Source: Candidatus Cloacimonadales bacterium
Lineage (GTDB): Bacteria > Cloacimonadota > Cloacimonadia > Cloacimonadales > JAIOQZ01
Assembly (NCBI GenBank): GCA_963665815.1
Contig: OY762463.1
Location: 2,400,001-2,464,000 of the forward strand
Length of the DNA stretch: 64,000 bases
Direction: 5' to 3'
The translations under genes were made by a program, and so were the position numbers. The notes under the pieces are model-generated. The model saw only the letters and a program-made list of their open reading frames with translations. It made no database searches and was not told where the DNA came from. Positions 48,768 through 59,254 of this stretch are shown piece by piece. Each line of letters opens with the position of its first letter. Position 1 is the stretch's first letter.

Positions 48768-51700
48768 CTATTCCAGTACTTTCTCAATTCCGGATATAAT
48801 TTCAGCAGTGATCAATGGTTTTTTTAACATTAGAGAGATTCCTGCCTTCTGAAGCATTTCATTGTTAAGCAATTCGCTATATCCTGTACAAAGAATTATT
48901 TTCTGTTCAGGTTTAATCTTTTTTACGATCTCCGAAAACTGAATTCCCGTCAGATTAGGCATAGTCATATCAGTAATTATCAGATCAATTTCCCGGTGAT
49001 TATCCTCAAAGTATTTCACAGCATCCAGAGGGTTCTGGAAAGATGTTACTTTATAACCGAATTTCCCAAGAATATCACTGTAAACATCAGTCAGACTTTT
49101 CTCATCATCTACAAATAATATTGAGGCATTACTCACAACAATTTCACCGGTATCATCTTCAAGATGCTCCTCGGTATCACGCTTTACAGCAGGTATATAT
49201 ATATCAAAAGATGTACCTTTTCCAGGCTCACTCTGAACATCAATAAAACCGTTATAGCTGTTGACAATACCATGAATAATTGCCAGCCCCAGACCTGTTC
49301 CTTCTTCTTTAGGCTTGGTCGTGTAGTAAGGGTCAAATATCTTTGAAAGACTTGAGGATGATATTCCCTGCCCCGTGTCTTTCACTCTCAGAAGAACATG
49401 TCTTACCTTATCAAGGTTTTGTCTGATTTCCGGCTTAATTTTCTTGTATCTCAGATCAATAAGTTCAACTGTCAGTACTCCTCCATTTTCACGCATTGCA
49501 TGGTAAGAGTTCGTGCAGAGATTCATGATAATCTGCTGAATTTGGGTAGGATCAGCATTTACCATTCTGGTAGATCTAATATTCAGCTCGAAACTGATTG
49601 TTGTCGGCAGGGATGCTCTCAGCATCTTCATCGTTTCTTTAACGATGATTCCGATTTCCAGAGGTTGAGTCTCTGTAACAGATTTCCTGCTGAATGTAAG
49701 AATCTGCTGAACAAGATCTTTTGCCCTCATTCCCGCATTAGATATTTCAGATATTCTGTCATAAGCTTTTGACTCAGGGTTTACATCAAGCAATGCCAGT
49801 TCTGAATAACCGAGAATTATAGAGAGAATATTGTTGAAGTCATGGGCGATCCCACCGGCAAGAGTACCAATCGCTTCCATTTTCTGAGATTGTGATAACG
49901 CCAGTTCTGTCCTTTTGCGCTCGGTAATATCGAGTCCTATTGCAAGAAACCCTATCTTATTACCATCAGCATCATAAAGAACTTTATCAAACCATTCAAC
50001 TTCGAATGCTAATCCATCTTTTGTGATTATTGAATTTATGTTACCTTTAACATTACCGGTTTTAAGTGCCAGCTTGAGCTTTTCTCTTACATCTTCCCTT
50101 TGAGATCCATCAACAAACATATCAAGCCAGTTTTCACCAACTACTTCACTTGCACGGTATCCGGAAAGTTCTTCAATAAATGAATTGAATTTTAAAATAT
50201 TACCGTCCAGATCAAGTACAATAACAATTGCAGGTGCAGTCTGAATAACACTTTCTGCGAAATCTCTTTCCTCAACCAGTTGACGTTCAGCCAGCTTCCT
50301 GTCTATCGCAAGTGCTACCTGATCAGCAATAATCTCAAGCAGTTCAATATCAGCTTTTTCGAGTATAGTATCTTCACTATAGCTTTGTACTGATAAGAGC
50401 CCGATTACGAAATCTCTAATCTTAAGTGGAATACCAATCCAGGTTCTGCTGGGAGTGCCAACGAGTTCAACAATTCCATCATCTGTCAGTTTTTGCATCA
50501 TTTTGCTGTTCAGAACAACAGTTTTACCCTTTTTAATAGCATATGAGGTAAGTGTCTTTCCTGCCGGCATTTCAGAAAATGAATCAACGGAATCAATAAA
50601 ATAAGGGAGTTTTAAGGTATCTGTATCCTTGTTATACAGTGCAATAAAGAAATTCGATGTATCAATTACCTGCTGAAGATTTATATGGATTTCCTTATAT
50701 AGTTCTTCCATTGTTGGACAGATATTTACTGTGTTAGCAATATTAAGAAGAAGTTTCTGAAGCTTATCAGTGTTAGTGAAGAAGTGATTTTTACGAGTGC
50801 TTTCCTGCTCCATATTAAGTATTTCATACTGAATTTTCAATAATGAAATCTCTTCGTCATTCAGCATCCTGCAGCATTCATTGTATAATTTATAAGCTTT
50901 CAACAAATAGTCATTCAGCTTGTTCAATTTTAAATACTTAATAAGTTTTGTTAAAACCTTGTCAGTTAATTTCTTATTCAGATTGCTTGTACTGAATTCC
51001 AGAATTTTCTCGATATACTCAGTTTGTATCTCACCGTATTTGATGGAATCAATTTCCATAAGCTGTGAGTAAACATCAAGCTTGAGTTGAGTACTTATCT
51101 TATATTTGGTTTCAGATAAAATACTATGCAGATTTGCTTCGGCATCCTGGATTTTATTCATCTTAATAAGACACTTTGCCTTTTCCAATATGCTGAAGCT
51201 TTTTCGCCATAACTCATTAGGAGAGAATGAAAGTCCGATCAGATCATCCCAGAGAGAAACAGCTTCTTCATACCGACCAAGAGCAGATAACAAGAATGCT
51301 TCTTTACTTTTTACAACATTGTAGTAAGATTTTAAGGGAGGTATCTTTTCCCAATTATTTATTCTGGACAAGTATTCATAGGCAATTTCGTATTTTCCAT
51401 CTTCAATACATGCTCCGGCTATATTATTATATGTCCTGATAAGATTTTTTGATGAATCATTTGATATAAAAGTATCTATAGCATTACGATGATACTCCAG
51501 AGCTCTTTCATTCAGTCCAATCATTGAGAATAGTGAACCAAATCCGTTAAGGATTAATCCTGAACAGTTTTTATCATCAGAATAATCAACATATTCCATA
51601 GCTCGAGAGTAATACTTAAATGCATTAAGTGGTTCTTCTTTGGTTATAGCAAGATCACCGTATGTTTTAAACAGTTCTGCTTTATGTTTTACAATTTCAT

Positions 51701-51989
51701 GAACATCAATATAGTTCATAGCTATCTGCAATTGTAGTTCAGCATCGTTGAAATTTGAAATGAACAGGCAGAGTTTTGCAAAATGAATGTGTGCTGCAAC
51801 AAGATATTCATAATCCGAAATTTTCTCAGCTAATGCAATTGCCTGTGTTATGTATTCCCTGCTTTTATCAAAATTGAAGTGAAAGTAAAGTCTGAAAAGC
51901 TTTATTGACAGACTTATCTGCTCAGATGTATTTTTTTCCACAGAGAGTTTATCTTCAAGATCAGATATTATTGACTTTATATTTTCCAT
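48768..51989 (-). CDS. Soluble hybrid histidine kinase: TPR-GAF-PAS-HisKA-HATPase-REC
   Basis: TPR-like helices, GAF (WIGIPLK...GLLSVQS), PAS, AGGIAHDFNNIL, GTGLGL, FVDDE and TDMTMP. Confidence 0.93.
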   Translation of the reverse strand: MENIKSIISDLEDKLSVEKNTSEQISLSIKLFRLYFHFNFDKSREYITQAIALAEKISDYEYLVAAHIHFAKLCLFISNFNDAELQLQIAMNYIDVHEIVKHKAELFKTYGDLAITKEEPLNAFKYYSRAMEYVDYSDDKNCSGLILNGFGSLFSMIGLNERALEYHRNAIDTFISNDSSKNLIRTYNNIAGACIEDGKYEIAYEYLSRINNWEKIPPLKSYYNVVKSKEAFLLSALGRYEEAVSLWDDLIGLSFSPNELWRKSFSILEKAKCLIKMNKIQDAEANLHSILSETKYKISTQLKLDVYSQLMEIDSIKYGEIQTEYIEKILEFSTSNLNKKLTDKVLTKLIKYLKLNKLNDYLLKAYKLYNECCRMLNDEEISLLKIQYEILNMEQESTRKNHFFTNTDKLQKLLLNIANTVNICPTMEELYKEIHINLQQVIDTSNFFIALYNKDTDTLKLPYFIDSVDSFSEMPAGKTLTSYAIKKGKTVVLNSKMMQKLTDDGIVELVGTPSRTWIGIPLKIRDFVIGLLSVQSYSEDTILEKADIELLEIIADQVALAIDRKLAERQLVEERDFAESVIQTAPAIVIVLDLDGNILKFNSFIEELSGYRASEVVGENWLDMFVDGSQREDVREKLKLALKTGNVKGNINSIITKDGLAFEVEWFDKVLYDADGNKIGFLAIGLDITERKRTELALSQSQKMEAIGTLAGGIAHDFNNILSIILGYSELALLDVNPESKAYDRISEISNAGMRAKDLVQQILTFSRKSVTETQPLEIGIIVKETMKMLRASLPTTISFELNIRSTRMVNADPTQIQQIIMNLCTNSYHAMRENGGVLTVELIDLRYKKIKPEIRQNLDKVRHVLLRVKDTGQGISSSSLSKIFDPYYTTKPKEEGTGLGLAIIHGIVNSYNGFIDVQSEPGKGTSFDIYIPAVKRDTEEHLEDDTGEIVVSNASILFVDDEKSLTDVYSDILGKFGYKVTSFQNPLDAVKYFEDNHREIDLIITDMTMPNLTGIQFSEIVKKIKPEQKIILCTGYSELLNNEMLQKAGISLMLKKPLITAEIISGIEKVLE

Positions 51990-51993
51990 GTTG

Positions 51994-53112
51994 TTATGAT
52001 TTCATTACAAACCAAAGGTCATCCAGCATACTCATAGCCTGGAAAAACTGATATTGTGTGAATGGTTTGCGAATAAAAGCTCTGACTCCCAGATTAATAG
52101 CATCTGAAACATCCTGTTCATCTTCTGATGATGAAAGGATTATAACAGGTGTATCTTTTATTGTATCATTTGCTCTGATAGTTCTGAGAATTTCAATTCC
52201 ATGTACATTTGGAAGATACAAATCAAGAAGGATAAGATCAGGTTTAGACAGAGGATTAATATTTTTTAATCCTGCAAAAAAATCTTTTGCCTCTTTCCCA
52301 TCTGTGAAAACTTTTATACTATGAGGAATCTTTGATAGTTCCATAATCTTCTCAGTGAATTTTGCATCAATTTTATTATCTTCTACAAGGATAATCTTGA
52401 TGTTTTCTTTAAAATTCACCAGCTTCTTAAGCAATTCGCTTTCAGAAATATCACGTATTACAAAAATCATTGTATCGTTTTCCGGAGAAATATATTGCTC
52501 CCTTATTTTAACAGGGAACATGTATCCGTTTTTCTTCTGCGCCTTTATTACATAAGTCCTTTTATTCTGAAAATCTGAAGGAACAAAGCAATTATATGGA
52601 TCCAATAGAAATACATCTATTTTCTTCCCGAGCACTTCATCTATATCATAGTCAAACATTGTAAGAAATGACTCGTTTACTTCAGTAATTATTCTGTTTT
52701 TAGTTATTACAAGACCTTCAAACACTGTCTCGGAGATTTTCTTTATTGCCTCAGTATTGCTGCTTGACATATAGTTTTTTACATAATTCTCAATCTCTGA
52801 ATAGATTCTTATAATGAAAGTGTTCTCTCTTTTGATAACAGGTTCCAGAATACAATATTGAACCTTTCTGCCTGACTCAATTAGAGTTTCATATTTTTCT
52901 TTCTCATTCACAGCCTTTTTGAACTCTTCAACTAAATGGCTGAATTCCTTTATCTCTGCAAGTTGATTGCTTTCAAAATCATAATAATCGGAAAACGTGG
53001 AATTACATGCAAGGATGTTCAATTCTTTATCAATAACACATATCGGCTCATTAATAGAGTCCAGAATTATTTCAGTATTTAAGTTAAACTCTTTTTGTAA
53101 ATTTTTATACAT
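51994..53112 (-). CDS. PAS-PAS-receiver protein (Rcp1-like receiver, no output domain)
   Basis: Two PAS-like regions; ILVEDN...PDLILLDLYLP...PVIILSSS...FIRKP. Confidence 0.85.
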   Translation of the reverse strand: MYKNLQKEFNLNTEIILDSINEPICVIDKELNILACNSTFSDYYDFESNQLAEIKEFSHLVEEFKKAVNEKEKYETLIESGRKVQYCILEPVIKRENTFIIRIYSEIENYVKNYMSSSNTEAIKKISETVFEGLVITKNRIITEVNESFLTMFDYDIDEVLGKKIDVFLLDPYNCFVPSDFQNKRTYVIKAQKKNGYMFPVKIREQYISPENDTMIFVIRDISESELLKKLVNFKENIKIILVEDNKIDAKFTEKIMELSKIPHSIKVFTDGKEAKDFFAGLKNINPLSKPDLILLDLYLPNVHGIEILRTIRANDTIKDTPVIILSSSEDEQDVSDAINLGVRAFIRKPFTQYQFFQAMSMLDDLWFVMKS

Positions 53113-53178
53113 TGTAGGCCTGTCCTTTAAGGTTAATTACAATAATTGTAATTAGTGACATTTTTCATATTTACACAA

Positions 53179-55884
53179 CTATGACAATATTTTTTTATTA
53201 AAATTACTTTTTTTTAGATAACATAATAAATTATTGAAATTTATTGGCTTGGTAACAGTTTCAGGTATTTCCCATTTTATTGTGAACTGTTTCTGTATTT
53301 CGGTATTATAGCCTGTACATAAAATAAATGGTATATCTATTTTATTATTTCTCAAATTCTCATAAAACTGGTATCCAGTCATTTGAGGCATTCCTATATC
53401 GCAGACAATTAAATCGTACATCTCGGGATTCCGAATTACTTCCCGAACTGCAATAATCGGGTTTGTATGAACTTTCACAATACAACCGGCTCTTCTCATC
53501 CGTCTGTTAAATATATATCCCAGAGAAGACTCATCATCAACATACAATATTCGCAGACCTTTCATTGTAAGATTTTCCTGTTCAAATGTACTATCAACAT
53601 GACTTTTTTGTCTGCATATGGGGAAAAATACTCTGATTGCAGTCCCCTTATTCAAAGTACTGCCAATATTTAAGCTGCCATTGAAGGACTTCACAATGCT
53701 GTGCACAATAGATAATCCAAGTCCTGTACCATGATTAACGGGTTTTGTTGTAAAGTAGGGTTCCATAACTTTCTTGAGATTTTCCTCCGGTATCCCGCAA
53801 CCATTATCTGAAACTTTTATCTCAAGAACAGTATCAAGATTATAATCATTCCCCATACTGCAGTCTTCAAGTTCTATCCTGCAGGATAAAGGGACATTAT
53901 CAAAATCAGTTTCTTTCAAACTCACTCTGATTTCTCCAGTTTCCCTGTTTACGGCATATAGAGAATTAGTGCACAAGTTCATTAATATCTGATGAATTTT
54001 TGTAGGTTCCGCTATAATCTGATTTTCCAGATGAATATCTGTAATTATCCTGACAGACGCCGGAGCTGATGATCGAATCAGTTTTACAACTTCTTTCATT
54101 ATAGGTTTAACCATTACCGGTCCAACTTCCTCAATCTTTTTTCTGCTGAAAGATAATATCTGCTTCACAAGTGCTCTGGCTCTGTTACCGGCTACCTGGA
54201 TTTCTCTGAGAGCTGATATAACCTCACTTGTTCTGTTTAATTCGTATTCTGATATTTCAGCATAGCCAATTATGACAGACAGAATATTGTTAAAATCATG
54301 TGCAATTCCACCGGCAAGAACACCGAGAGCTTCCATTTTTTGAGTCTGCATCAACTGTTTTTGCAGCTCATTTTTTTCAGAGGTTATTTCTTTTACAGTA
54401 TTTATGTCAGTAATAACACCATTAAACCCCAAAAGAACATTGTCTTTTTTGAATGGAAAAGTAATTACTTTTGCCCATTTGGAAGTTTTTTCTGCACATA
54501 TAAGTCTGTATTCATGTGCAAAACTATTGTATTCAAGATTAGAAAACTGATGTGACAATGCATTTGAATCATCTTCAAGAAATAGATTTTTAATATGTGA
54601 ATTGATCAGCTTTTCTGTTGAAATTCCTGTTAGTGTTGAATAAGACGAACTCAGGTAAACAATGTTTCCGGATGTATCAGTTGAAAAAACTGCATCACAG
54701 AGTGAATCTACAATATTCCTGTATCTTTCTTCTGACTCAACCAGATCTTCTTCAATTCCTTTGAGTTGCGATATATCTCTTACCGCAATAATATTGAGCT
54801 TAATGCTATTATAATCTGCCTGAGTAATTCTGAGTTCTGCCGGGAATTGACTACCTTCCAAAGATTTAAGCATAAGAATAAAAGGATTTGTGTCATTATC
54901 AGCAATTCGGTTAAACACCGCATCAATGTATTCTGCATCAAAAAGATTATAAATATTTAGAGTATCAAAATCTTTTCCCGAAACCTGAAACATTTTTTTA
55001 GCAGCTGTATTACACGCAATGCATTTACTCTCTGAGAAAACAAGTATTGCTTCCAGAGTAGATTCTGCCAGAATATCGTGTAGTTTATTACTGTGTATCA
55101 ACTCGCTGAGGTATTTATTCTTGATGGTATCATCTTCAATAATTAATCCAAAATAGTTCTTAGCCGGTGAATATGCAGTAACATGGAGATGTTTATTAAA
55201 CTCGGTAAGAAATATTGAGAATTCTGTTTTTGTTTTGTTTATATTAACATCAGATAGTTTCTTTATCAATCCGGAGAATGAAACAGGAAATATCTCTACA
55301 ACGCTTTTTCCAATTATATAATCTCTTTCCTGGCTGACAATTTCTTCGAATTTTCGGTTGATATCAATAATTATACAATTCTCAGGAGTTAATATTCCAT
55401 TACTCTTAAGTTTAAATAAAGCATAGGCATTCAGCATGTTATTCAACAGTACTTTGTTACCGCTTTGAAGCTTTATGGGAAAAGTACCAAATTCATCGGA
55501 TGATTTGTTCTCAAGACTTATCTGAAGAAAACAGTTTGAGATGTTTACTAACTCTACAGATAGCTGGTAATATTCATTATTGCTAACATAGCTATACTCA
55601 TATGATCCCGGTTCTTTAAGTTTTTGTAACCAACCACCAATACTGTATATTTGAGAAAGAGGATTAAGTATATGAATCTCATCAAAATAAGAACCAATAG
55701 TGTCAGATCTTGTAATAGGAAGCATAAACAACCCACTGGTTTGCATGTCTATACATACACCCTCTGTATTGAATATTAGTATAACTCTGGCGTTTGATGT
55801 TTCATTTATACAAGTTTTTCTTTTTAACTGCATTACAAATCCTGATATTTTAGTATATTGATACACTCTACAATATATTGGCAT
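53179..55884 (-). CDS. Multi-PAS hybrid histidine kinase
   Basis: Several PAS domains, AGGIAHDFNNIL, GTGLGL, YVDDE and CDIGMP. Start uncertain (possibly 55833). Confidence 0.92.
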   Translation of the reverse strand: MPIYCRVYQYTKISGFVMQLKRKTCINETSNARVILIFNTEGVCIDMQTSGLFMLPITRSDTIGSYFDEIHILNPLSQIYSIGGWLQKLKEPGSYEYSYVSNNEYYQLSVELVNISNCFLQISLENKSSDEFGTFPIKLQSGNKVLLNNMLNAYALFKLKSNGILTPENCIIIDINRKFEEIVSQERDYIIGKSVVEIFPVSFSGLIKKLSDVNINKTKTEFSIFLTEFNKHLHVTAYSPAKNYFGLIIEDDTIKNKYLSELIHSNKLHDILAESTLEAILVFSESKCIACNTAAKKMFQVSGKDFDTLNIYNLFDAEYIDAVFNRIADNDTNPFILMLKSLEGSQFPAELRITQADYNSIKLNIIAVRDISQLKGIEEDLVESEERYRNIVDSLCDAVFSTDTSGNIVYLSSSYSTLTGISTEKLINSHIKNLFLEDDSNALSHQFSNLEYNSFAHEYRLICAEKTSKWAKVITFPFKKDNVLLGFNGVITDINTVKEITSEKNELQKQLMQTQKMEALGVLAGGIAHDFNNILSVIIGYAEISEYELNRTSEVISALREIQVAGNRARALVKQILSFSRKKIEEVGPVMVKPIMKEVVKLIRSSAPASVRIITDIHLENQIIAEPTKIHQILMNLCTNSLYAVNRETGEIRVSLKETDFDNVPLSCRIELEDCSMGNDYNLDTVLEIKVSDNGCGIPEENLKKVMEPYFTTKPVNHGTGLGLSIVHSIVKSFNGSLNIGSTLNKGTAIRVFFPICRQKSHVDSTFEQENLTMKGLRILYVDDESSLGYIFNRRMRRAGCIVKVHTNPIIAVREVIRNPEMYDLIVCDIGMPQMTGYQFYENLRNNKIDIPFILCTGYNTEIQKQFTIKWEIPETVTKPINFNNLLCYLKKSNFNKKILS

Positions 55885-56040
55885 TCAAAATTTAACCAAT
55901 TAATAAAATTAATTATTACAGGTGAAGTGTTCCAAATACTCATGCTCACGGTTTTTATAGATGAATAAGATGCATGTTACCAAATTTGTAATTGACATAA
56001 CAGTCTGAGTGGAGTTAAATTTTAAGAAAAGGAGAGACTA

Positions 56041-56424
56041 ATGATTAAGGATTTAGTTAAAGCCGTAGAAGAAAGCCATTGGGATGACCTTCTTTTATTT
56101 TTTAAAGACAGAGAATATGGTTCCTCCCAAATCAATAAGCTGAAAAATGCTTCTGAAATGAATTCCGGTATCAGAAAAGTGCATTATGCTGATGAGAAGG
56201 GATTTAATGAGTGTCTTCTTTATATATCATTCAATAATAATCAGACAATGCATTTTTTGTTCGGTCAGTCTGAAGGAAAACTAATAGAGCATAAAATGAG
56301 TAATGAAGACAAAGTAAAGCCTTTTAATCTGGAAGAATTGCTTGGTAAAAAGTTATATTCAGTGAATGACCTGACAGAAGAGGACAAGAAGAAGATTACA
56401 GATCATATATTTAAGAACAAATAA
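56041..56424 (+). CDS. Hypothetical protein
   Basis: AAGGAG RBS; TTGACA-N18-TAAATT upstream. Confidence 0.7.
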   Translation: MIKDLVKAVEESHWDDLLLFFKDREYGSSQINKLKNASEMNSGIRKVHYADEKGFNECLLYISFNNNQTMHFLFGQSEGKLIEHKMSNEDKVKPFNLEELLGKKLYSVNDLTEEDKKKITDHIFKNK

Positions 56425-56425
56425 G

Positions 56426-56472
56426 GGCTGTTGACAAAGTTGGTAGTCTGCGTTTCTTTTTTGTCAACAGCC
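56426..56472. repeat. 13-bp perfect inverted repeat (terminator or collapsed IS-end/MITE remnant)
   Basis: GGCTGTTGACAAA-N21-TTTGTCAACAGCC. Confidence 0.65.
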
Positions 56473-56997
56473 TGTTTATCTGACTCTACGGATTCTCATT
56501 TATTATATTTAGCTGCAAGATATGTCAATTATATTTTTCGGTTTTTGCAAATATTATAAATAATTGCTTTTATGTCAAAGAATACTAAACTTCAAAATGG
56601 TACATCTTTAGGGGAAAGGTCAATAGTGTTAGATTTTACCATCCTTTTCAACATAACTTCTACAGCCAGTTAGTAACAAAGAGAGGATAATGACTGATGA
56701 AAATATTTTTAAGGTAACTTCTGTTTGATAACTCCAACTCTTACTCCTTAAGGACATCTGAATTTACTGTCTAATGCTTAGTTATCAGGAAATTATCGGT
56801 ATAAAAAGTAATTCATTGCTAACTTAGACTTGTGAAGACAATTATGCAAATCCTTTTTTACTGACAATGCAAAATTTAACCAGTGTAATGGTTGACAGTT
56901 ATTGCCACGGATATAGTGCTATCGTTATTCATATTGAAGGATACTCAATGCTGAGAATAGAATTAAGGTGCTTTAAGAATCTGGGAGAACCGGACAA

Positions 56998-57092
56998 AAG
57001 AAGGCTATGCCAGTATTGGATACGAGATATTCACGGAGTTTAGCAGTATAGGTATTGCTTCTGAAGCATTCAGTTTAATGCCTGATATCGCC
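56998..57092 (+). pseudogene. Internal fragment of a GNAT acetyltransferase gene
   Basis: Gap-free 81/95-nt match to 59481-59575; the first 35 nt are identical. Confidence 0.85.
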
Positions 57093-57420
57093 TCAGACTC
57101 CTTAGAGCACGGAATGGACGAGATTCAGATTCTCTTCCCGGTTTATCCGGCACTGTCTATTTAAGACATAGCTTATAATACTTTCTATAAAGGCCATTCC
57201 TCTCGGTTTGGTCTTTTCGCTTTATCATTGCAACCTTAAGATTTTTCACAAAACCCTTATCTCATTATTCTGCAAAAACTAATTTAACACATATGAGTAG
57301 TACATTTTCTTTACATTTAATTCATTTATAAGTAAAAAGTTGCGACCATATAAATAATCTTCTTGACATATATTATAAATGCATTCATTCCCTGAAGTAT
57401 AAATTATATGGAGGTAAAAC

Positions 57421-57774
57421 ATGAAGAGAACCATCCTTTTCTTAACATTCGTAGTTATGAGTGTGCTGATATCAGCGAGTATTGGCGCAATAAGCTCACC
57501 AACATTATCCGTAAGTCAGGCAACTCATAATTCTCCTGTGATAATTAATGCAGGTATTCCCGATGATACTCAAAAGGTTATACTTGAAGTTTTCGATGAT
57601 TCAGATGTACTGATTGCAACACTGCATGATGGACGTTTAACACCGGGAACTGCAACTTTTTCGTGGAATCCGGGTTCGGCCACAGGTGAAGTAGACATCA
57701 GATTAACTGTTGTCAAACAGACCGTCAGTGTTGGAGGAGGTGTTGTTGTGACCAGGATTATATACCTTAAATAG
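57421..57774 (+). CDS. Small secreted protein, stand-alone FlgD-Ig-like domain
   Basis: GGAGG RBS; signal peptide; V.LEVFD..DVLIATLHDG.L.PG...FSWNP. Confidence 0.7.
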   Translation: MKRTILFLTFVVMSVLISASIGAISSPTLSVSQATHNSPVIINAGIPDDTQKVILEVFDDSDVLIATLHDGRLTPGTATFSWNPGSATGEVDIRLTVVKQTVSVGGGVVVTRIIYLK

Positions 57775-57829
57775 TTAAGAATTATGTATTCCGGGTGAAA
57801 TCAATTTAACAAAACAATTGGAGGAAATT

Positions 57830-58192
57830 ATGAAAAAAATCATGCTAATTTTAGCGTTGGTAATTATGAGTGTGTTATTATCTGCAACTACAGCTGGTAT
57901 CAGTTCGGAAGCAATGACAGTAACGCAGGTAAGTAAAAATGCACCGGTTGTTATCGGTTTCGATGTTCAGGAAGATAACAGCTACGTAGTTTTAAAAATT
58001 TATAACAGTTCTAATGTGTTAATTGCAACAGTATATGATGGTGTGTTAAATTCAGGTCAGGTATCCTTCTCTTGGAGTCCGAATTCATCGTTGGGAGGAA
58101 CTATCCTGGCGGATGAAGTCATTGTAGAAAAAGTTGAAGTCGGTAGCTATGGAATGAAAGGATACAAAACCAAATTTAAAATGCTGAAATAG
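57830..58192 (+). CDS. Small secreted protein, stand-alone FlgD-Ig-like domain (tandem paralog)
   Basis: GGAGG RBS then ATG 57830; V.LKIYN..NVLIATVYDG.L.SG...FSWSP...KTKFKMLK. Confidence 0.72.
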   Translation: MKKIMLILALVIMSVLLSATTAGISSEAMTVTQVSKNAPVVIGFDVQEDNSYVVLKIYNSSNVLIATVYDGVLNSGQVSFSWSPNSSLGGTILADEVIVEKVEVGSYGMKGYKTKFKMLK

Positions 58193-58216
58193 AATAATCG
58201 TCTCACTTTTTAAGTT

Positions 58217-58250
58217 AACAGGCTGAAAGTATATGCTTTCAGCCTGTTTT
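58217..58250. terminator. Bidirectional intrinsic terminator
   Basis: AACAGGCTGAAAG-TATATG-CTTTCAGCCTGTT between convergent genes. Confidence 0.85.
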
Positions 58251-58291
58251 GTATCTATGAAATAATTTTACACTTGCGAGAGTATCAAATA

Positions 58292-59044
58292 CTATTTATC
58301 AATATAGGTTTGTCTGTATCTGTCCGTAATTGGTCCCTGATTTTCACCCCAAGAGTATGAATTAGTTTTATCGTGACCAAAGAAACCTGCTCCTCTTACT
58401 TCAAATGTGGCAGGATCACAGCCCTGTACAAATTCATTTTCGAAGTATACGCATTTATTGTCTTTTATATAGTATTCATTAATTACAGTTACATTATTAT
58501 AATCCAATTCACTCAGTCGAAACTCATGCCAGAAGTAATAGTTTTTATCTTTACCAAAGTTTTCGTTGATGCCGGTAAAGGATTCGCAGTCGGCTCCATT
58601 TAGCTGCTCAATAAAATAGTATACATTGCTTTTGTCTTTTGACCAATAACCATCAATGACCTTGAACGTTGCAGGATCAGCCCCTTTAATCTCTGTATTA
58701 TGAGGTCTGATTTGTAGATTATATACAGCACGACTGTCCTTCCAGAAATAACCTTTAACATGTACAAATGTTGCAGGATCAGCTCCCGGAATAATTGATC
58801 TGTTTCTGAATACGTAGTTTTTATCCAAACCTATATTGTTAGTTATCGATTCGAAGGTTTCTGCATCAGCCTCAGGAATTTCAATTAAGGTTGGTCCATA
58901 CTTAACAGAATATGTTCCGTAATGATAAATTTTACCATCCTTTTCAACATATCCTCTACAACCGATCAAAAACAACGAGAGAATAGTAACAAGAAATAAT
59001 ATTCTTGAGATTCTATTAATGTATTTTGTGTGTTTGAAAATCAT
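58292..59044 (-). CDS. DKNYY-repeat family lipoprotein
   Basis: Lipobox LIGC; repeated GADPATF...DKNYV/DKNYY. Confidence 0.9.
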   Translation of the reverse strand: MIFKHTKYINRISRILFLVTILSLFLIGCRGYVEKDGKIYHYGTYSVKYGPTLIEIPEADAETFESITNNIGLDKNYVFRNRSIIPGADPATFVHVKGYFWKDSRAVYNLQIRPHNTEIKGADPATFKVIDGYWSKDKSNVYYFIEQLNGADCESFTGINENFGKDKNYYFWHEFRLSELDYNNVTVINEYYIKDNKCVYFENEFVQGCDPATFEVRGAGFFGHDKTNSYSWGENQGPITDRYRQTYIDK

Positions 59045-59254
59045 AACTCACTCCTTTGAAACACCTGTTTTGACTGCTTTATGTCTAAATTCTCAAAATT
59101 TACTAACTATGTTATATAGTTTGATATTAAACTGAAGATTTGATTTTATTCTGTAAATTTTTTTTTACTTAAATATCGTTATTTCTTTCGGGTAATGTTG
59201 ACAGCTTTTACAAATAATTACTATTTATCAAATAGGAATATAAAGGAATGCTCA

